From Spirochaetia bacterium (lineage in GTDB: Bacteria > Spirochaetota > Spirochaetia > SZUA-6 > Bin103), in NCBI GenBank assembly GCA_965199955.1, contig CBDATQ010000002.1, positions 1,504,001 through 1,568,000 on the forward strand: a DNA stretch of 64,000 bases. The letters are read 5' to 3'. Below, in pieces: positions 19,702 to 28,889 of this stretch. Position numbers and translations under genes: made by a program. A model generated the notes under the pieces. The model was not told the origin of the DNA and ran no database searches. It saw nothing but the letters and a program-made list of their open reading frames with translations. Within the stretch, counting starts at the first letter, position 1, and each line of letters starts with the position of its first letter.

Positions 19702-20301
19702 CTACGCCAGGCAGTCTTCCACCTTCGGCGGCTGATCGGGGGTGAGCCACTCGCGGCGCAGGGGTAGGCCGGGCAGCACCGTGGAGCGGATCATGGGGTC
19801 GCCGGCGGCGAACTCGGTGAGCACCTCTCCGCTGCGCGCATAGAAGCGGTGCGCCAGGGTCTCGGGGTCCAGCACCCAGTACTCGTCTACGCCGTGCTGT
19901 TCGTACTCGACGAACTTCACGCCCACGTCGCGATGTGCGGTGCGCGGACTCAGCACCTCGACCGCCAGGTCGGGCGCGCCGTCGATGTAGTTGTCCCGTT
20001 GCAGGCCGAGGCGATCCTTGCGGTAGAACGCGAGGTCGGGGAGGAACACGTTGCGTGAGCTCAGGCGTACGGCAACCACCTCGCGGAACACCATGCCGAG
20101 ATCGAACCGCTCGACATGGAGACGGAGCAGTGAGTCCACGAAGTTCAACAGCCGGGCGTGGCGCAGCGATACCGGAGAATGCATGGCGATCTCTCCATCC
20201 AGCAGGTCGGCATGGCGATCGGGTGTCAGCCAGTCGAGGAAGTCCTCGGCGACGAGGATTTCCTCGTGCACGTCCGCCGCGAGCGATACGTGAGTCGGCA
20301 T
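19702..20301 (-). CDS. Uma2 family endonuclease
   Basis: PDLAF, APDLAVEVLSP, EYWVLDP. Confidence 0.9.
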   Translation of the reverse strand: MPTHVSLAADVHEEILVAEDFLDWLTPDRHADLLDGEIAMHSPVSLRHARLLNFVDSLLRLHVERFDLGMVFREVVAVRLSSRNVFLPDLAFYRKDRLGLQRDNYIDGAPDLAVEVLSPRTAHRDVGVKFVEYEQHGVDEYWVLDPETLAHRFYARSGEVLTEFAAGDPMIRSTVLPGLPLRREWLTPDQPPKVEDCLA

Positions 20302-20331
20302 GCTACGTTTCAGTATACTCCTGCGGCTTGT

Positions 20332-20760
20332 CTACCAGGTCCAGCGATGTTCGGGGAGGAAGCAGGCGACTGGATCGTCGCGGCCGGCGGGAGCGGCCGT
20401 CGGCGTAGTCGATGGCCATGACGGTGTTGCCGCGCCACCTGGTCGGGATGCGGTGGCCGATGATGGGGTCGGCCTTGGGGCCGAAGTAGGCGCCGGTGCC
20501 GCCCCCGGCGGCTTGGGGGACACGGACTACCAGGTCGGCGTGGCGCTCGGGTAGCGCGTAGTCGAGCGTGACCAGTGCTCCGGCCGGGGCTCGGTCGAGC
20601 GATACCGTGACGTCGGCGGCAAACGCGGGTACGCGGATGCGCAGCAGAGGTACTCGTAGGGGCTGGCCCAGAAGAAGCCGCCCAGCGAGCGGTCGACGAT
20701 GTCGCGGGTGTCGTCCCAGGGCTTGGCATGGTCCGGCCGAGGCGGCCGGGCATCTCCACC
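20332..20760 (-). pseudogene. Frameshifted remnant of an unidentified gene
   Basis: Protein-like stretches in several frames (KPWDDTRDIVDRSLGGFFWASPYEYL; DPIIGHRIPTRWRGNTVMAIDY), no intact ORF. Confidence 0.35.
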
Positions 20761-20773
20761 TGCACGGCGTCCT

Positions 20774-21703
20774 CTAATCCGCGGCGGCGGCCTCGTTGGC
20801 CTTGCAGCGGCGCAGGTACACCCGGCGCGGCGGTTCCTCGTATCCCTTCCAGGCATACGGATCCACGCCCGCGACGGTCTCCACCGCCCGGTGGTCGGCG
20901 TTGGCCGGCCGCTCGTTCTCCTTCGGGTGCCATGGCAGCAGCGACCACGCGTTCATGTAGTGGTTGACCAGCACGCGCCGATAGGTGTTCCCGCGGTTGC
21001 GGCGCGAGCGGTGCAGCAGATAGCCGTTGAAGAAGATCACCGTGCCCGCGGTCACCTCCACTGGCTGCTCGGCCGACTCGTCGAAGCCGTGGCTCTCCGG
21101 GCCATTGTCGAACTCGTCCCGGTTCCCGTGCTCGCGCTGCGGGTACAGGTATCCCTTGCGGTGCGACCCGGGCAGCACCCACAGGCAGCCGTTCTGGACC
21201 GTCGCGTCGTCCACGGCGATCCACGCCCCCAGCAGCGAGCGGTCGCGGGTCGGGATGTAGATCTCGTCCTGGTGCCACGCCTGGCCCTGGAAGCCGGGCG
21301 GCTTGACGAAGTACATGGACTGCATGCACTTGACGCTGCCGTCCCACCACGGCAGGTGGGCGCCGGTGATCTGGGCGAGCACGCCGCAGATGCGCTCGTG
21401 CCTGACGAAGTCTCGGATCACCGGGCTGACGTGGTGCGGCTGGTGGATGCAGAGAACGGTATCCAGCACCTCTGCGTCGGCGGCGTCCGCCGGTAGCGGG
21501 TCGAGCCCGTCGGCTCCGTACTCGCCGCGCGCGACCCGCACCACGTCGCGCTTCAGTTGCTCCAGCTCGTCGCCGGTGACCAGGTCCTCGACGGCGAGGA
21601 ACCCGTCGCGCAGATAGCCCTGCACCTGCGCGTCGCTCACGATCCGCGGCACGGCGATGGGTGCGGCGGTTTGCTCCTCAAGCGGCGTCTGCACGGTCGC
21701 CAT
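20774..21703 (-). CDS. Phytanoyl-CoA dioxygenase (PhyH) family protein
   Basis: KPPGFQGQAWHQD, NGCLWVLPGSH, LLHRS. Confidence 0.9.
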   Translation of the reverse strand: MATVQTPLEEQTAAPIAVPRIVSDAQVQGYLRDGFLAVEDLVTGDELEQLKRDVVRVARGEYGADGLDPLPADAADAEVLDTVLCIHQPHHVSPVIRDFVRHERICGVLAQITGAHLPWWDGSVKCMQSMYFVKPPGFQGQAWHQDEIYIPTRDRSLLGAWIAVDDATVQNGCLWVLPGSHRKGYLYPQREHGNRDEFDNGPESHGFDESAEQPVEVTAGTVIFFNGYLLHRSRRNRGNTYRRVLVNHYMNAWSLLPWHPKENERPANADHRAVETVAGVDPYAWKGYEEPPRRVYLRRCKANEAAAAD

Positions 21704-21712
21704 GGCGTGAGC

Positions 21713-22165
21713 CTAATGCATGCCGGTCGCCTGCGTATCTTCCGTCACGCCGCACCACGACACCACGAAGTGGGCCAAGGTGCGGGCCGCCGCCACGAGT
21801 TGGTCGACCGGCAGCCGCTCGAACGCCGTGTGGCAGCAGGCGATCTGCACCAGGTGGCCGAGGTGGCCGACGCGCATGCCGCTGCCCGGACGGGGCGCGC
21901 GCACGCCATGTCGACGGCCACCGCCCGGTCGATGCCGCCGCGCTGCAGCGCCCGGCAGAAGCCGCTGTTGCGTCCGACCTGCTTGGTCATCGCGAACACG
22001 GTCAGGCCGAGCGCGTCCGCGCGCTCTTTGAACGCGCGCGCGTTGTCCTCCACCGCGTCCAGGTCAAGGACGTAGCAGTTCGCGGGTATGGCGGCCCGCC
22101 TGGTGCAGCGCGATCGCCGCCTCCACCAGGGCCGGGTTGCGGCGTCGGAGGACGTTCAGAAACAT
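21713..22165 (-). pseudogene. YhfX-like (alanine racemase fold) PLP enzyme, truncated and frameshifted
   Basis: MFLNVLRRRNPALVEAAIALHQAG / YVLDLDAVEDNA..FAMTKQVGRN / GHLGHLVQI in different frames. Confidence 0.7.
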
Positions 22166-22181
22166 CGTTTCCTCCCCGTGC

Positions 22182-23159
22182 TCACCGGTTCGTCTCTCGC
22201 AGGGACACGGCGACCGCGCCGAGGATGATCAGGCCGCGCACGATCATCTGTTCGGAGGCCGAGAGCCCCATCAGGATGAGCCGTTGTTCAGCATGCCCAT
22301 GAGCAGCGACCCGACCAGCGCGCCGACGACCGAGCCCTTGCCGCCGGAGAGCAGCGTGCCGCCGACGATGACGGCAGCGAGCACGGTCATCAGGTCGCTC
22401 TCGCCGAGCGTGTACTTCGCCGCCTGCAGCCGGCCCGCGTACAGCAGCCCGGCGAGCCCGGCGCAGCCGCCGCTTATGGCCAGCACGGTCAGGCGCACGC
22501 GCGGCACGTTGATGCCGGCCGCCTTCGGCCGCGCGCGGGTTGTCGCCGGTCGCCAGCACGTGCGCGCCCAGGCGGGTCTCCCGGTAGACGAAGTGGCCGG
22601 TGGCCACCACCGCCGCCGTCCACAGCACCCGCGACGGGATGCCGGCCAGCGATCCCGATCCGAAGAACCCCGTGAACGCGTCGTTGGTGACCGGGATGGA
22701 GCGCAGGTTGGTCATCGACCGCGCCACCCCGGCGAACAGCCCGAGGGTGGCCAGCGTCACCAGGAAGGAGGGCAGCCGCACGTACGCGACCAGCGCGCCG
22801 TTCAGCAGTCCGATCAGGATGCCGGCATCCAGGCCGGCGATGGTCCCGAGCGCCATGGGCTGCTCGCCCATGATCACCGAGGCGGCCAGCGCCGCCACGG
22901 CGACGATCGAGCCGAACGACAGGTCGATCTCGCCCGCGGACAGCACGAACACCACGCCCACCGCCAGCACCGTCGCCGGCGCGGTCTGCAGGACGATGTT
23001 GGAGAGGTTGCGGACGGTGGCGAAGCCGTACTGGCCCAAGGTCACGGTGAAGGAGACGAAGATCGCCAGGAAGCCGAGGTAGACGACGTAGTTGCGCGGA
23101 TCGAAGGCGATCGCGCGTCGCAACCGGCCGGCCATGATGCTCTCCGTCCTCCCGCTCAA
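22182..23159 (-). pseudogene. RbsC-like monosaccharide ABC permease, frameshifted
   Basis: GEIDLSFGS, LPSFLVTL; the C-terminal AAVIVGGTLLSGGKG lies in another frame. Confidence 0.8.
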
Positions 23160-23304
23160 CCTCGGCCTCCCCGCTCAAGCCTCAGCGTCCGCGGCCGCCC
23201 CGGCCGGGCACGCGGTCCGTGTCCGGCCGGGGCAGGTCGAGGTCACCCTTATCTTGACTCGCCTCCAGGACGCTCTTCGGTGCATCGCGGTTCAGGGACG
23301 TCTG

Positions 23305-23860
23305 TCAGCCTTCGGCGACGTTGTCCGCGTTGACCGTGATCGCGGGCGCGACCACGAACGGCGGCGTCTGTTCGCCGAGCAGCGCCCGCGCGCCGGCGGC
23401 CGCCATCGCGCGGCCCAGCTCGTAGGCCTCGTCGGCGACGATGGCCACGACGTTGCCGCCCTGCACCATGTCGAGCGCGGTCGACTCGCTCCGGTCGAGG
23501 GTGACGATCCGGGTGGTCTTGTTGCCGGCCGCGCGCAGCGATGCCAGGACCCCCTCGGCCGGGCCGGCCCAAGTGACGTAGACGCCGCCCAGGTCGGGAT
23601 GGCGCAGCAGCATGGCGTTGGCGATCTCCTCGGCGCGGGCCGGATCGCTGATGCCCTGCTCGGCGACGATGGTGATGTCCGGATAGTCGTTCTCGATCGT
23701 GGTCTTGAAGGCGTTGTCGCGCTGATTGTCACGTAGTAGGCGGCGTCGAACGCTGCGTTGGTCGTGGCGATCACCTCGATTCCCAGCCGGGTGGCTCGTC
23801 GGTCGCGCCGGCGGCGACGGCGAGCACGGCAAGCCGTCGGATCAGGATCAGATGCACACG
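23305..23860 (-). pseudogene. RbsB-like periplasmic sugar-binding protein remnant
   Basis: QRDNAFKTTIENDYPDITIV...AYELGRAMA; N-terminal half largely deleted. Confidence 0.7.
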
Positions 23861-23925
23861 GGTGGTCCTCCTTCGTTCGGGCTGACGCGCGTGTGGCGGA
23901 CAGCATGGGGCCGCGGCGCTCATCG

Positions 23926-24215
23926 TCATCGGAGCGCCTCGCTGCCCGTGCGGCCGCGGCCCGGATCGCCGTCGCCGGCCTCGGCGCTGCCGGCGGCGGG
24001 TTCTTCACCATCCGAGAAGGCGATGATGTGCGCGGGCGGCAGCGTGATGTCCGCTTCGGGCACGTCCGGCCCGAACAGGTTGTTGCGCAGGTGGCCGAGC
24101 GCGACGGCGGCGGCGCCGGCGATGGTCGCCCGCGCGCCGAGCGCGCTCGGCTCGATGCGGACGGAAGTGGGCACGGCGCCGGCGAGCAGGGCGCGGACGC
24201 GTCCGACCAGCTCCG
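23926..24215 (-). pseudogene. ROK family regulator, C-terminal remnant
   Basis: VRIEPSALGARATIAGAAAVAL ROK C-terminal motif, cut at the stop of the upstream gene. Confidence 0.65.
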
Positions 24216-25460
24216 TCAGGCGGGCTCGGGAGGCGGCTCGATGAACGGGCCTTCCCGTCGCAGGCGTTCGAGGGTGGCACGGTACGCGGCGCTGCCGTCG
24301 GCAACCCAGCGCTCGAGCCTGATCCCGGGCTGCGCTCCTTCCTCGAATCCGGTCAGGCGCTCCAGGTCCGGGTCATCCAGCGTGTACAGCGTCGCGCCGC
24401 CGGACAGGCGGGTTACGCCGACGAACTCGGGACGCGGCAGCGGCTCGCGGTCTGCCGCGCGCTGCAGCGCCTCCTCGTCCACCTCCACGCCGAGGCCGGG
24501 CGTCTCCGGGACCCTCGAGCTGCCCTCGACGACCGGGATGCGGGTGGTGGTGATGTCTTCCTCGTACTGGTCGTCGGCGGTGACGGTGTGAGCGGTGGCC
24601 GTCGGCAGGACCGCCGCTTGGTGTAGCGTCAGGGCTTTCATCAGCGTGTTGCCCGTCTGCTGGATGATCACCTGCTTGTTGGCGGCCGCGTACGCGTACC
24701 CCTGCCCCATCGCGCGGCCGATGCCGTGCCCGCCGATCATGTGCAGGTCGGCCGCCGCCAGCACGCTGCCTTGTGCCACAGCGAGTGGCGGAACGTGCAT
24801 CACCAGCGGAATGCGGGTCCTGCTGCGCAGATTGCGCCACCCGTCCAGGTCGTCCCACGGCAGGGGGTCCTCGATGAAGCCGACGATGGGATGGTGCCGC
24901 AGCTCCTCCACGATCGGGAGCACGACGCCCAGCGTGCGCGTGCGGTTCAAGTCCCAGTGGAGGCGGAATCCGGGCGGGACAACCTCCTCGGCTGCACGGG
25001 TCTGCTCGATCACGTCGTAGAGCGGGCTGCTGTGCATCTTGAACACCCGGTAGCCCGAGGCCGCGGCGCGTCGGACCTCCTCCCGGAAGACGTCCGGCGG
25101 GCACGGGCGGGTCCAGGCCGCCGCCGGCACGGCGTCGCGCACCTTCTGGCCCATCAGCTTGTAAACCGGCACCCCGAGGTGCTTGCCCATCACGTCGTAG
25201 AGGGCCATGGCCAGCGACATGCGCAGGTCGCTGTTGATGAAGTCGAACGGGCTGCGCCCGACGACGCCGGCGATCGTCGCCTCCGGGATCGGACTCGCGT
25301 CGTCCTCCTCGCTGCCGTAGCCGGTGACCCCGATGTCGGTGCGCACGCGCACGACGATGTTGCGGTCGATGTCGTGCATGCGGATGTGCGCCTGCGGATC
25401 GTCGTACCGCGACGCGAATGGAAGCGCGATCGGGATGACCTCGACGTCGATGACCTTCAT
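24216..25460 (-). CDS. Mandelate racemase/muconate lactonizing (enolase superfamily) enzyme
   Basis: MALYDVMGKHLGVPVYKLMG, FKMH, WDLN, IEDP, PGLGVEVDE. Confidence 0.88.
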   Translation of the reverse strand: MKVIDVEVIPIALPFASRYDDPQAHIRMHDIDRNIVVRVRTDIGVTGYGSEEDDASPIPEATIAGVVGRSPFDFINSDLRMSLAMALYDVMGKHLGVPVYKLMGQKVRDAVPAAAWTRPCPPDVFREEVRRAAASGYRVFKMHSSPLYDVIEQTRAAEEVVPPGFRLHWDLNRTRTLGVVLPIVEELRHHPIVGFIEDPLPWDDLDGWRNLRSRTRIPLVMHVPPLAVAQGSVLAAADLHMIGGHGIGRAMGQGYAYAAANKQVIIQQTGNTLMKALTLHQAAVLPTATAHTVTADDQYEEDITTTRIPVVEGSSRVPETPGLGVEVDEEALQRAADREPLPRPEFVGVTRLSGGATLYTLDDPDLERLTGFEEGAQPGIRLERWVADGSAAYRATLERLRREGPFIEPPPEPA

Positions 25461-25483
25461 GGGACGGGTGTACTGTAACCGGG

Positions 25484-26605
25484 ATGAAGCTCATCGGCAT
25501 CGAGCCGACGCCCAATCCGAACAGCATGAAGCTGGTGCTGGACGAAACGCTCGCGCCCGGGGTGAAGGCCACCTATCGCGCCGGGGACGAGGTTTCGGCC
25601 CCGCTGATTCGAGACCTCCTGTCGATCGCCGGCGTCGCCGGCCTCTTTCACACCTCGGACTTCATGGCCGTGCAGCGGACGCCCGGCACGGACTGGCAGG
25701 GGATTCTCGCTCAGGTTCGGACCACGTTCGACGCTGCAGCCGGCGTGAGCGCCGAGGTCGACGTGCCGCGCACCGAGAGCGCCGCACAGGAGCTGCTGGT
25801 GTCGATGCAGGTGTTCCGCGACATCCCCATGCAGGTAAGGGTGACCGGCGACGGTGAGGAGATCCGCCGAGGACTCGGGCGCCGCTTCGACGCGGCCGTG
25901 AAGCGCGCCATGCCGGCCTCCAGGAACCCGTTGATGGAGCGGCGCTGGGTCGAGCTCGGCACGCGCTACGGGGACTCCGGGGAGGTGGCCGCGAGCGTCG
26001 TGGCGGAGGTGCGTGCGCTGTACGACTCGGATCGGCTTGCGCGGCTGACCGATCGCGCGCTCTCGCCCGATCCGGATGAGCCGGAGGCCGGACGGGACCG
26101 CCGGAGGCTGATCGGAGATCTGGATGACCCCGACTGGCGCGCGCGCTATCGGGCGCTCCGCAGGCTGGGGTCCGACGCCGGGCTGCTGCCCAGGATCGTC
26201 GCGCTCGCCAGCGACGCCCACCTGTCGGTGCGCAGGCAGGCGATCGTGCTGTTGGGGCTGTCCAGGGACGAGAGGGCTCTGGCTCCGCTGCGCGACGCGC
26301 TGCGTGACCCGATCGCGGCGGTCCGTCGAACCGCCGGAGATGCGCTCAACGATCTGGGCAATACCGAGGTCGCGGCGGCGATCGCCGAGACCCTGACCGA
26401 CAGCAGCGCCCTGGTTCGCTGGCGTGCTGCACGGTTCCTCTTCGAGCTGGGCGACGAGCGCTCGCTGCCAAGCTTGCGGGCCGCCAGGGACGACCAGGTG
26501 TTCGAGGTGCGCATGCAGATCGAGCAGGCGATCGAGCGCATCGAGAGCGGGGCGAGGCCCGAGGGGCCGGTCTGGCAGCGAATGACCCGCAGCGACCGGC
26601 CGTGA
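25484..26605 (+). CDS. CvfC/YpgR-like protein (Nfu_N domain + virulence-factor domain + HEAT repeats)
   Basis: IEPTPNPNSMK N-terminus, QVFRDIPMQVRV, VRWRAARFLFE, FEVRMQIEQAIERIESG...PVWQRM. Confidence 0.8.
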   Translation: MKLIGIEPTPNPNSMKLVLDETLAPGVKATYRAGDEVSAPLIRDLLSIAGVAGLFHTSDFMAVQRTPGTDWQGILAQVRTTFDAAAGVSAEVDVPRTESAAQELLVSMQVFRDIPMQVRVTGDGEEIRRGLGRRFDAAVKRAMPASRNPLMERRWVELGTRYGDSGEVAASVVAEVRALYDSDRLARLTDRALSPDPDEPEAGRDRRRLIGDLDDPDWRARYRALRRLGSDAGLLPRIVALASDAHLSVRRQAIVLLGLSRDERALAPLRDALRDPIAAVRRTAGDALNDLGNTEVAAAIAETLTDSSALVRWRAARFLFELGDERSLPSLRAARDDQVFEVRMQIEQAIERIESGARPEGPVWQRMTRSDRP

Positions 26606-27228
26606 ACGTCTCCTTCGCGCTGCCGACGTTGCAGGCGGCGTGGTCCCCGCGACATGGCCACACCGTCGTGCGCTTTCGGGACCGCTTCTGGCTCTACGGC
26701 GGGTGCGAGGAGCAGAGCGAGGATCCGGCGGCGATCCTGGGGGACATCTGGTCGTCCGCCGACGGTGCGGCGTGGCGCCGGGAGGTGGACTCCGCGGCGT
26801 GGCCCGACCGCTACCTGCAGCAGATGGTCGTGTACCGCGGACGCATCTGGATGTTCGGCGGCATGCATCGCTATCGGCCTGAGCGCGTGAACCTCAACGA
26901 CGTGTGGTGCTCCGCCGACGGCGTGAGCTGGGAGCAGGTGACCGGGTCGGCGTCGTGGCCGCCGCGCCACGTGTTCGCCGCCACCGTCCACGACGGGCGC
27001 ATGTGGGTGGGCTGCGGCGCGCCGGACGGCGAGGTGTATTACGACGACCTGTGGTGGTCCACCGACGGCGCCGACTGGCGCCGCCACCCGGCGACGCTGC
27101 CGTGGCCCGGGCGGCATTGCGCCTCGCCGCTGCTGTGGGACGGCGCGGTGTGGCTATTCGGTGGATGCGAGAGCGGCCCGCGCGAGGCACACTACAACGA
27201 CGTGCACACGATGCGCTTTCAGGAGTAG
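26602..27228 (+). CDS. Kelch-like repeat protein
   Basis: Repeats of W-x-PR...W(L/M)(Y/F)GG...D(I/V/L)W-x-S-x-DG. Confidence 0.75.
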   Translation: MNVSFALPTLQAAWSPRHGHTVVRFRDRFWLYGGCEEQSEDPAAILGDIWSSADGAAWRREVDSAAWPDRYLQQMVVYRGRIWMFGGMHRYRPERVNLNDVWCSADGVSWEQVTGSASWPPRHVFAATVHDGRMWVGCGAPDGEVYYDDLWWSTDGADWRRHPATLPWPGRHCASPLLWDGAVWLFGGCESGPREAHYNDVHTMRFQE

Positions 27229-27232
27229 AACG

Positions 27233-28771
27233 ATGGGCGGGGCGCTGGACTACTTTCGGGGCGAGCCGCTGGAGGTGGGGACCACCCCGCAGTTCCTGTT
27301 CGACGATCACGCGGTGGAGGACGTCTGGAGCCTGCAGCGGGTGTCCCAGATCGCCGCCAAGTTTCCGGGCAATCCGGTTGTGGTCCCGGACCAGATCGGC
27401 GAGTCCTATTGCTACGAGTCGCACGTGGTGCGGGAGGACAGGGGCGCCTCGGACGGGGGCCGCTTCCGCATGTGGTACCAGGACTCGGACAGCCAGGCCC
27501 ACCATCGCGGCGCACCCGAGCCGGGATCCGCAGAGGGCCACGGCGACTTCTGCCGCTACGCGGAGAGCGAAGACGGCGTGCACTGGGTCAAGCCCGAGCT
27601 CGGCCTGCTGCGCCGTCACGGCAGCGACCGCAACAACATCGTGCTGGCAGGCGTGTGCGAGTGCGACCGCTCGGCCGTCGTCCTCAATCCCGACCCGGAC
27701 GACCGCGAGCGCCGCTTCATCATGGGGTACCTGGACCAGCCGCGCGGCACCAGCGGCGTCTGCCTGGCCTATTCGGCCGACGGCATCCGCTGGCGGGAGG
27801 AACCGAGCAACCCGGTCATCCAGGGGCACTACGACTGCGTGAACACGCCGGTCTGGGACCCCGTGTCCGGCCACTGGCTGTGCTACACGCGGCCGACCGT
27901 GCACGCGTTCGGCTACGTGCGGCCGGAGCGGGGCTGGACGGACGTCGACTGGGAGCGCGGCGAGGGCCGCCACCACCGGCGGCACGTGAGCGTGACGGTC
28001 AGCCGCGACCTGGTGAGCTGGGGCAAGGTGCGCACGGTCTTCTATCCGGACGAGCTGGACGCCGACTGGCCGGACATCGACCACTTCCGGCCCTTCTTCC
28101 ACAACGGGTTGTTCCTGGCCAACGCATCCTACGTCGACCCGTCCGGCGGCCGCTTCGGACAGCTCCGTTTCATGTGGAGCCGCGACGGCTTTCGCTGGCA
28201 GCAGGCGCCGGACCGCGCCTGGTTCATCCCGCGGGGGCCCGAGGGCCACTTCGACGACGGCTGGATCCTGGGAGCGTCGGCGCCGGTCGCGGTCGGCCAC
28301 CAGATGTGGTTCTACTACGGCGGCCAGCCGCTGCAGATGCAGGTCGCCGTGGACCGGGGCAGCGCCGTCGGGCTGGCCAAGCTGCCGCGGGACCGGTTCG
28401 TGTCGCTCAAGGCGGAAGGCGAGCCCGGCTTCCTGCTGACGCGCGAGGTGCGCATCGCCGGCAACGAGCTGCGGCTGAACTGCGCCACCGGCCAGCGTTT
28501 TCCCAGCCGGACCGGCATGGCCGCGCTGGGCGACATCCGCGTCGAGCTGGTGGAGTCGCTGCCGGCGCGGGAGGCGGTGGTGGGCGGCCGGCCCGTGCCG
28601 GGCTACACGATGGACGACTGCGACCCGATCCGCACCAACCGCATCGACCACCGCGTGACCTGGAACGGGAAGTGGGACCTGGGCGAGTTGCGCGGTCGGG
28701 CGCTGCACCTGCGTTTCCGCCTCACCGAGTCGGAGCTGTTCACGTTCACGTTCGGAAACGCAGCAGAGTGA
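27233..28771 (+). CDS. Uncharacterised beta-propeller GH-like protein
   Basis: QFLFDD, YAESEDGVHWVKPELG, SADGIRW, SRDGFRW; third paralog of this family. Confidence 0.65.
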   Translation: MGGALDYFRGEPLEVGTTPQFLFDDHAVEDVWSLQRVSQIAAKFPGNPVVVPDQIGESYCYESHVVREDRGASDGGRFRMWYQDSDSQAHHRGAPEPGSAEGHGDFCRYAESEDGVHWVKPELGLLRRHGSDRNNIVLAGVCECDRSAVVLNPDPDDRERRFIMGYLDQPRGTSGVCLAYSADGIRWREEPSNPVIQGHYDCVNTPVWDPVSGHWLCYTRPTVHAFGYVRPERGWTDVDWERGEGRHHRRHVSVTVSRDLVSWGKVRTVFYPDELDADWPDIDHFRPFFHNGLFLANASYVDPSGGRFGQLRFMWSRDGFRWQQAPDRAWFIPRGPEGHFDDGWILGASAPVAVGHQMWFYYGGQPLQMQVAVDRGSAVGLAKLPRDRFVSLKAEGEPGFLLTREVRIAGNELRLNCATGQRFPSRTGMAALGDIRVELVESLPAREAVVGGRPVPGYTMDDCDPIRTNRIDHRVTWNGKWDLGELRGRALHLRFRLTESELFTFTFGNAAE

Positions 28772-28823
28772 GCGAAGCGAACCTCACTCGAAGAGTGAGC
28801 GGGCGGCGGGGCTCCCTCGCCTG

Positions 28824-28865
28824 AAGAAACGAAACGGGCACCTCCCTCGATGAGGGAGATGCCCG
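28824..28865 (-). terminator. Intrinsic terminator downstream of the binding-protein gene
   Basis: On minus: CGGGCATCTCCCTC-ATC-GAGGGAGGTGCCCG then TTTCGTTTCTT. Confidence 0.8.
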
Positions 28866-28889
28866 CGCAGCATGGCGAAATGCTTCGGA

